Assembly (NCBI GenBank): GCA_004297495.1
Contig: SCTL01000495.1
Span: 1 to 27,566, forward strand
Length of the DNA: 27,566 nt
From: Verrucomicrobiota bacterium
GTDB lineage: Bacteria > Verrucomicrobiota > Verrucomicrobiia > Limisphaerales > JADLHS01
Direction of reading: 5' to 3'
The notes beneath the pieces are model-generated. The model was given only the letters and a program-made list of their open reading frames with translations. It was not told the origin of the DNA and made no database searches. This document shows positions 24,070-27,566 of this stretch, piece by piece; position 1 is the first letter of the stretch; the number at the start of each line of letters is the position of its first letter. A program made the translations under genes and the position numbers.

Positions 24070-25881
24070 TCAGTGCGCCGAAGACGCCGTCACGTCAGCC
24101 GCCGCGAGGGCGGGCAGGAGGACGCCGACGTATTGGGCATTGAGTTCTTGCACGGTGATTCCAAGTTCCACCGCCAGTTGATCGAGCCGGTCGCGGCGGC
24201 GCTTTTCCGCCAGCAGATACACGGCGGATTTGCGCGCGGCGAGCCACTGGTCAAAGTTCGCGCCCGGCACGAGCGTTTGCGCCCACGGCTGGCCGCTTTT
24301 CAGATTGTAGAGCACGTAATTGCTCGTCAGTTCCGCGCCGTCATCCGTCACCAGAGTGGCCGTGCGACCGAGATAAAACGGCAGGCCACAGGGGTAGCAG
24401 TGGAAAAAGGCCAGTTGAGTTCCGGGCGACAACGCGGGCAATTGGCGGGTCAGTTGCCGCGCGGACTTGGCGTTGAAGACCACGTCCAGCGGCTTGGTGC
24501 CCGCGTGAATCAGCAGCACGGGAAACAGCGCGAGACAAACGAAGGCGTATCGAAGGTTGGAACGGAAACGCGCCACCAGCGCGAGCGCGCCCGCGGCGGC
24601 GACCAGCAGCACCATCGGCAATGCGCTTTGGACCAGCCGCGTCGCATCCGCGAGCGGAAGCCGCAATGGCCGGGTCAGCGCTTCCGGCTTCGTGATGCCG
24701 GACCACCAGGCCACCAGCACTGCCACTACCAGCAGCAGGCAAAAAGTTCCAAAGAAGGCCGTGCCGCGCTTTAAGAATTGCGCGGCCTTCCCGGTTGGGT
24801 TGGCCCACGCGGCTTCGAACAACCGGGCCACGAGAATGCCGCACGGGACCGTTGCGCTAAGGATGTAGCCCGGCAGTTTCGACTGGCTGAATGAGAAAAA
24901 AATCACCACGACGCTCGCCCAAGCCACGCAGAATTTGTCCGCCGGCGTCGCCGCCCAGCGTCGCTTCCATGTTCGCCAGACCGCCTCCGGCAACATCAGG
25001 CTCCACGGGAAAAACGTGGCGGCGACGATGAGGAAATAAAAATAAAACGGTTCGTGGCGATGGAACTTTGGCGTCGTAAAACGATGAAACGACTCCTCCA
25101 CCAGCCCGTAGTAGAGAAAATCCGGATGCGCCCGGCACAGGCTGATGAACCAGGGCAGCGTGACGCCAAAAAAAACGACGAAGTTCAACGGAGCGAACAA
25201 GCGCTTGAGAAAGCCCTTCCGTTTCTGGACGAGATTGAAAACGACCAGCACCAGCACCGGAATCAAAAATCCCACCGGCCCCTTGACCAAAGTCGCAAAC
25301 CCGGTCAAAGCCGAACCCAACACGTACCACCATCGGGAATGTTGCGTTGTGTTCTCTTCCCGTTCCGCCAGAAAACCGCAGAGGAGCGCGCCGCTGGTGA
25401 AGCAGGCCAGGGCGATGTCAAAAATCACGATGCGCGAATTCGCCAGATACAGCGGTGTGCTCGCCACCACGATGACCGCCAGCCACGCGACGCGCGTGCC
25501 GTAAACGCGGCGGCAAAACACAAAGACCGCGCCCAGCATCGCCAAACCAAAAAGCACGGAGGGAATCCTCGCCGCCGTTTCGGAGTCGCCAAAGCAAGCG
25601 AGGGAAAGCGCGACGGCCTTGAAATAGAACGCGGGTTTGTCCAGATACGTCACGCCGTTGTAGGTCGGGGAAATCCAGTCGCCGGACACTTTCATTTCGC
25701 GGGCGACCTCGGCGTTGCGTCCCTCGTCCGGCTGCAACAACGGCAGATACCCGAGGCGAAAGCAAAGCGCGCCGAACACGATGATCGCCGCAAATCCCGC
25801 CCACCACCCACCCGCTTTCAAAGCGATCTTCTGATCATATTGCACAGGGCGTGAAAGTACGCGGATGGCTCCGCACCACAC
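24070..25881 (-). CDS. ArnT/PMT-family (GT-C) lipid-linked-donor glycosyltransferase
   Basis: PDEGRNAEVAREM, YLDKPAFYF, ARIPS, LVKGPVG, SKLPGYIL and many TM helices. Start is uncertain (GTG 25881 or GTG 25845). Confidence 0.88.
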   Translation of the reverse strand: MWCGAIRVLSRPVQYDQKIALKAGGWWAGFAAIIVFGALCFRLGYLPLLQPDEGRNAEVAREMKVSGDWISPTYNGVTYLDKPAFYFKAVALSLACFGDSETAARIPSVLFGLAMLGAVFVFCRRVYGTRVAWLAVIVVASTPLYLANSRIVIFDIALACFTSGALLCGFLAEREENTTQHSRWWYVLGSALTGFATLVKGPVGFLIPVLVLVVFNLVQKRKGFLKRLFAPLNFVVFFGVTLPWFISLCRAHPDFLYYGLVEESFHRFTTPKFHRHEPFYFYFLIVAATFFPWSLMLPEAVWRTWKRRWAATPADKFCVAWASVVVIFFSFSQSKLPGYILSATVPCGILVARLFEAAWANPTGKAAQFLKRGTAFFGTFCLLLVVAVLVAWWSGITKPEALTRPLRLPLADATRLVQSALPMVLLVAAAGALALVARFRSNLRYAFVCLALFPVLLIHAGTKPLDVVFNAKSARQLTRQLPALSPGTQLAFFHCYPCGLPFYLGRTATLVTDDGAELTSNYVLYNLKSGQPWAQTLVPGANFDQWLAARKSAVYLLAEKRRRDRLDQLAVELGITVQELNAQYVGVLLPALAAADVTASSAH

Positions 25882-25902
25882 AAGCGATTTTTCCCCGCCG
25901 GT

Positions 25903-26460
25903 TCAACCCAAAGTGTAACGCCGCATCGTCGGCTCGACTTCTTTTGCCCACGCATCAATGCCGCCGCGCAAGCAGCGCACGTTCTGCAAGCCGTGCCCCA
26001 GGAAATACGCCGCCGCATCCAGCGCGCTCTTGCCCTGATGATCCACGATCACCAGCGGTCGCGTGTTCGAGCCGTCGGCCATGATCTGCCGCATCACGTC
26101 CTGCGAAAGCAATTGCGAGCCGGCGATATTGACCGCCTCAAATTCTTCGCGCGACCGCACGTCCACGAGCCGCAGATTCGCGTCCCGCTTCCGCCACTCG
26201 GCCAGTTCCTTCGGCTCGATGAGAATCTTCGCATCCTGCTCGTGACTGGACCGGATGTGCGCCAGCACTTCCGCCACGTCCAGGTTGCCGTTGCGCTCGC
26301 AAACCTGCGCCAGCGTTTCATCAGGCCGGAAACCGCAACTGCTGCATCCGCCGATGTGGTAACGGCGGAACAACGCCCGCTGCGCGCCCGGAAAATTTTC
26401 CAGCACGACACTCATGGGCGAACTCTCTGAAATCGTGTCAGTCATCGTCACGTTGTTCAT
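25903..26460 (-). CDS. DUF1858-like CxxC domain fused to a rhodanese-like domain lacking the catalytic Cys
   Basis: N-terminal FPGAQRALFRRYHIGGCSSC...ETLAQVC; rhodanese motifs LVDVRSREEF, VIVDHQGKSA (Asp in the Cys position) and LRGGIDAW. Confidence 0.85.
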   Translation of the reverse strand: MNNVTMTDTISESSPMSVVLENFPGAQRALFRRYHIGGCSSCGFRPDETLAQVCERNGNLDVAEVLAHIRSSHEQDAKILIEPKELAEWRKRDANLRLVDVRSREEFEAVNIAGSQLLSQDVMRQIMADGSNTRPLVIVDHQGKSALDAAAYFLGHGLQNVRCLRGGIDAWAKEVEPTMRRYTLG

Positions 26461-26513
26461 CTCTCAACAAAAGTAATGTTGCCGGTTTTCAAGCATCGCG
26501 CAATTCAATCGCT

Positions 26514-27485
26514 TCATTCAAGGGGCGCGACATTCAGGATTTCATCACCGTCGCGCTGCCAGAGTTGCAAGGGATCGCCATCACCCTTCTTCAGCCGCTT
26601 GAATTCCCCCGGCAGTGCGCGCTGCGTCAGCCGGCAATCGCGGACGCCGGATTCATCACAGCCGAGCAGCCGCGCGTAGGCTTTGTAAATCCGGGGATGA
26701 CCGATGACCCGCGTCGCGCCGGCGGGCATCGGCGGAACGGGGCGTTTATCCAGAACCAAAAAACTCAGCGGCAGATCGCGCAGATCAATGCCGGTCAGAT
26801 TCGCGAAGCGCGACCAGTTGCCGTCCTGAAAAATTTCCGCCGGCGGCGCGGCGAAGTGATGACACCAGTGCCGCTCGTTTTCCGGCGACAGAATGCCGCA
26901 GCGCGCCTGATGCGTGCAGGGCGCGACGACGTTGAACCGCCCGCGCAGCCGCTCGCGAATGGCGATCAACGTGAGACTGGCCTCATAAGTCCCGGGTTCG
27001 ACCCACAAGACCGTCGTGGCTTGCGCGGCGAAATTCGCCAGCGCCTCGGTCTGTTCCGGCGAAAGCTCGGTGAGGACGTGGCTGATGAGCAGCACCGACG
27101 GATTTTCCGAGAGGCCGATGTTCACCCGCAGATTCGGATATTTTTCGCGCGCGCGACGAGCGGCGAATTGGGTGGCAACGGAGGAACGATCAAAGAGCCA
27201 CACGCTGGCCCCAGCTTCCGCTGGAAAGAAATCCAGAAACGCCCGGCCCGCCACGCCGCTGCCGCAACCCCAGTCGAGCCGTTCGCCGGTGGGCGGTGTC
27301 CAGCCGCGACGCTGCAATTCTGCGAGCACGTAGTCCCATTTCCAGCCGATGCGCTGGGCGAACGTGGCGTCGTAGCTCGCGAGGTCGGATTCGCTCTGCC
27401 AGTAATCGTTCACGCCCGCCGTGCCGCTGAGAAACGCGGCGCGCAAGCGTTCGAGCGAGCTCCAGTCAATCGCGTCCCAGTTCAT
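26514..27485 (-). CDS. Rsm22/METTL17-like SAM-dependent methyltransferase-fold protein
   Basis: LDWGCGSG (SAM motif I), FDRS, SHVLTEL, WVEPGT, VVAPCTHQARC...HWCHHF, LLGCDESG. Confidence 0.8.
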   Translation of the reverse strand: MNWDAIDWSSLERLRAAFLSGTAGVNDYWQSESDLASYDATFAQRIGWKWDYVLAELQRRGWTPPTGERLDWGCGSGVAGRAFLDFFPAEAGASVWLFDRSSVATQFAARRAREKYPNLRVNIGLSENPSVLLISHVLTELSPEQTEALANFAAQATTVLWVEPGTYEASLTLIAIRERLRGRFNVVAPCTHQARCGILSPENERHWCHHFAAPPAEIFQDGNWSRFANLTGIDLRDLPLSFLVLDKRPVPPMPAGATRVIGHPRIYKAYARLLGCDESGVRDCRLTQRALPGEFKRLKKGDGDPLQLWQRDGDEILNVAPLE

Positions 27486-27548
27486 GCGGAGTCAAACAGG
27501 TTTTCCTTCAAGTGGAATTGTCCAAAGCGAAAACTTGCGACCAGGCGG

Positions 27549-27566
27549 CCCCTCACCCGGCCTGCG
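27549..27566. repeat. Possible start of another REP-like element at the window edge
   Basis: CCCCTCACCCGGCCTGCG resembles the start of CCCTCACCC...CCCTCTCCC-type extragenic repeats; it is truncated, so cannot be verified. Confidence 0.25.

Noticed and set aside
26041-26043. Selenocysteine or frameshift at the rhodanese active site
   Set aside because: The codon is GAT (Asp) in an uninterrupted frame, not TGA.
1-27566. tRNA, rRNA, integrase, transposase or prophage genes
   Set aside because: None recognisable; intergenic spaces are short or accounted for by the repeats described.

Overview
High-GC bacterial chromosomal window. The gene families and extragenic repeats suggest Verrucomicrobiota, probably subdivision 3 (inference). 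It contains: (1) a housekeeping block coaD-yceD-rpmF-plsX-fabH on the minus strand, with fabH cut by the window edge; (2) a divergent CE8 pectinesterase with an adhesin-type C-terminal domain, followed by thiH-GNAT-thiS with no thiG; (3) a small minus-strand cluster of an uncharacterised protein ending WGIND, an Hsp20-N-terminus-like peptide and a CBM48 protein; (4) a beta-CASP MBL hydrolase, MscS and a TlpA-type redoxin, with several REP-like palindromic repeats nearby; (5) two small membrane-protein ORFs flanked by integron core-site motifs, probably decayed cassettes; (6) a 771-aa protein made of 20 tandem ~32-aa helical repeats, and YbjQ; (7) an HpnN-like RND transporter, an unrecognised aromatic-repeat exported protein and mlaE-mlaF-mlaD (long MCE), with no mlaA/B/C; (8) a minus-strand run of an Rsm22/METTL17-like methyltransferase with a four-Cys pattern, a CxxC plus Asp-substituted rhodanese protein, an ArnT-type glycosyltransferase and a divergent IscU. 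Blocks 7 and 8 are the best candidates for undescribed systems. All family assignments come from motif recognition by eye; no searches were run.
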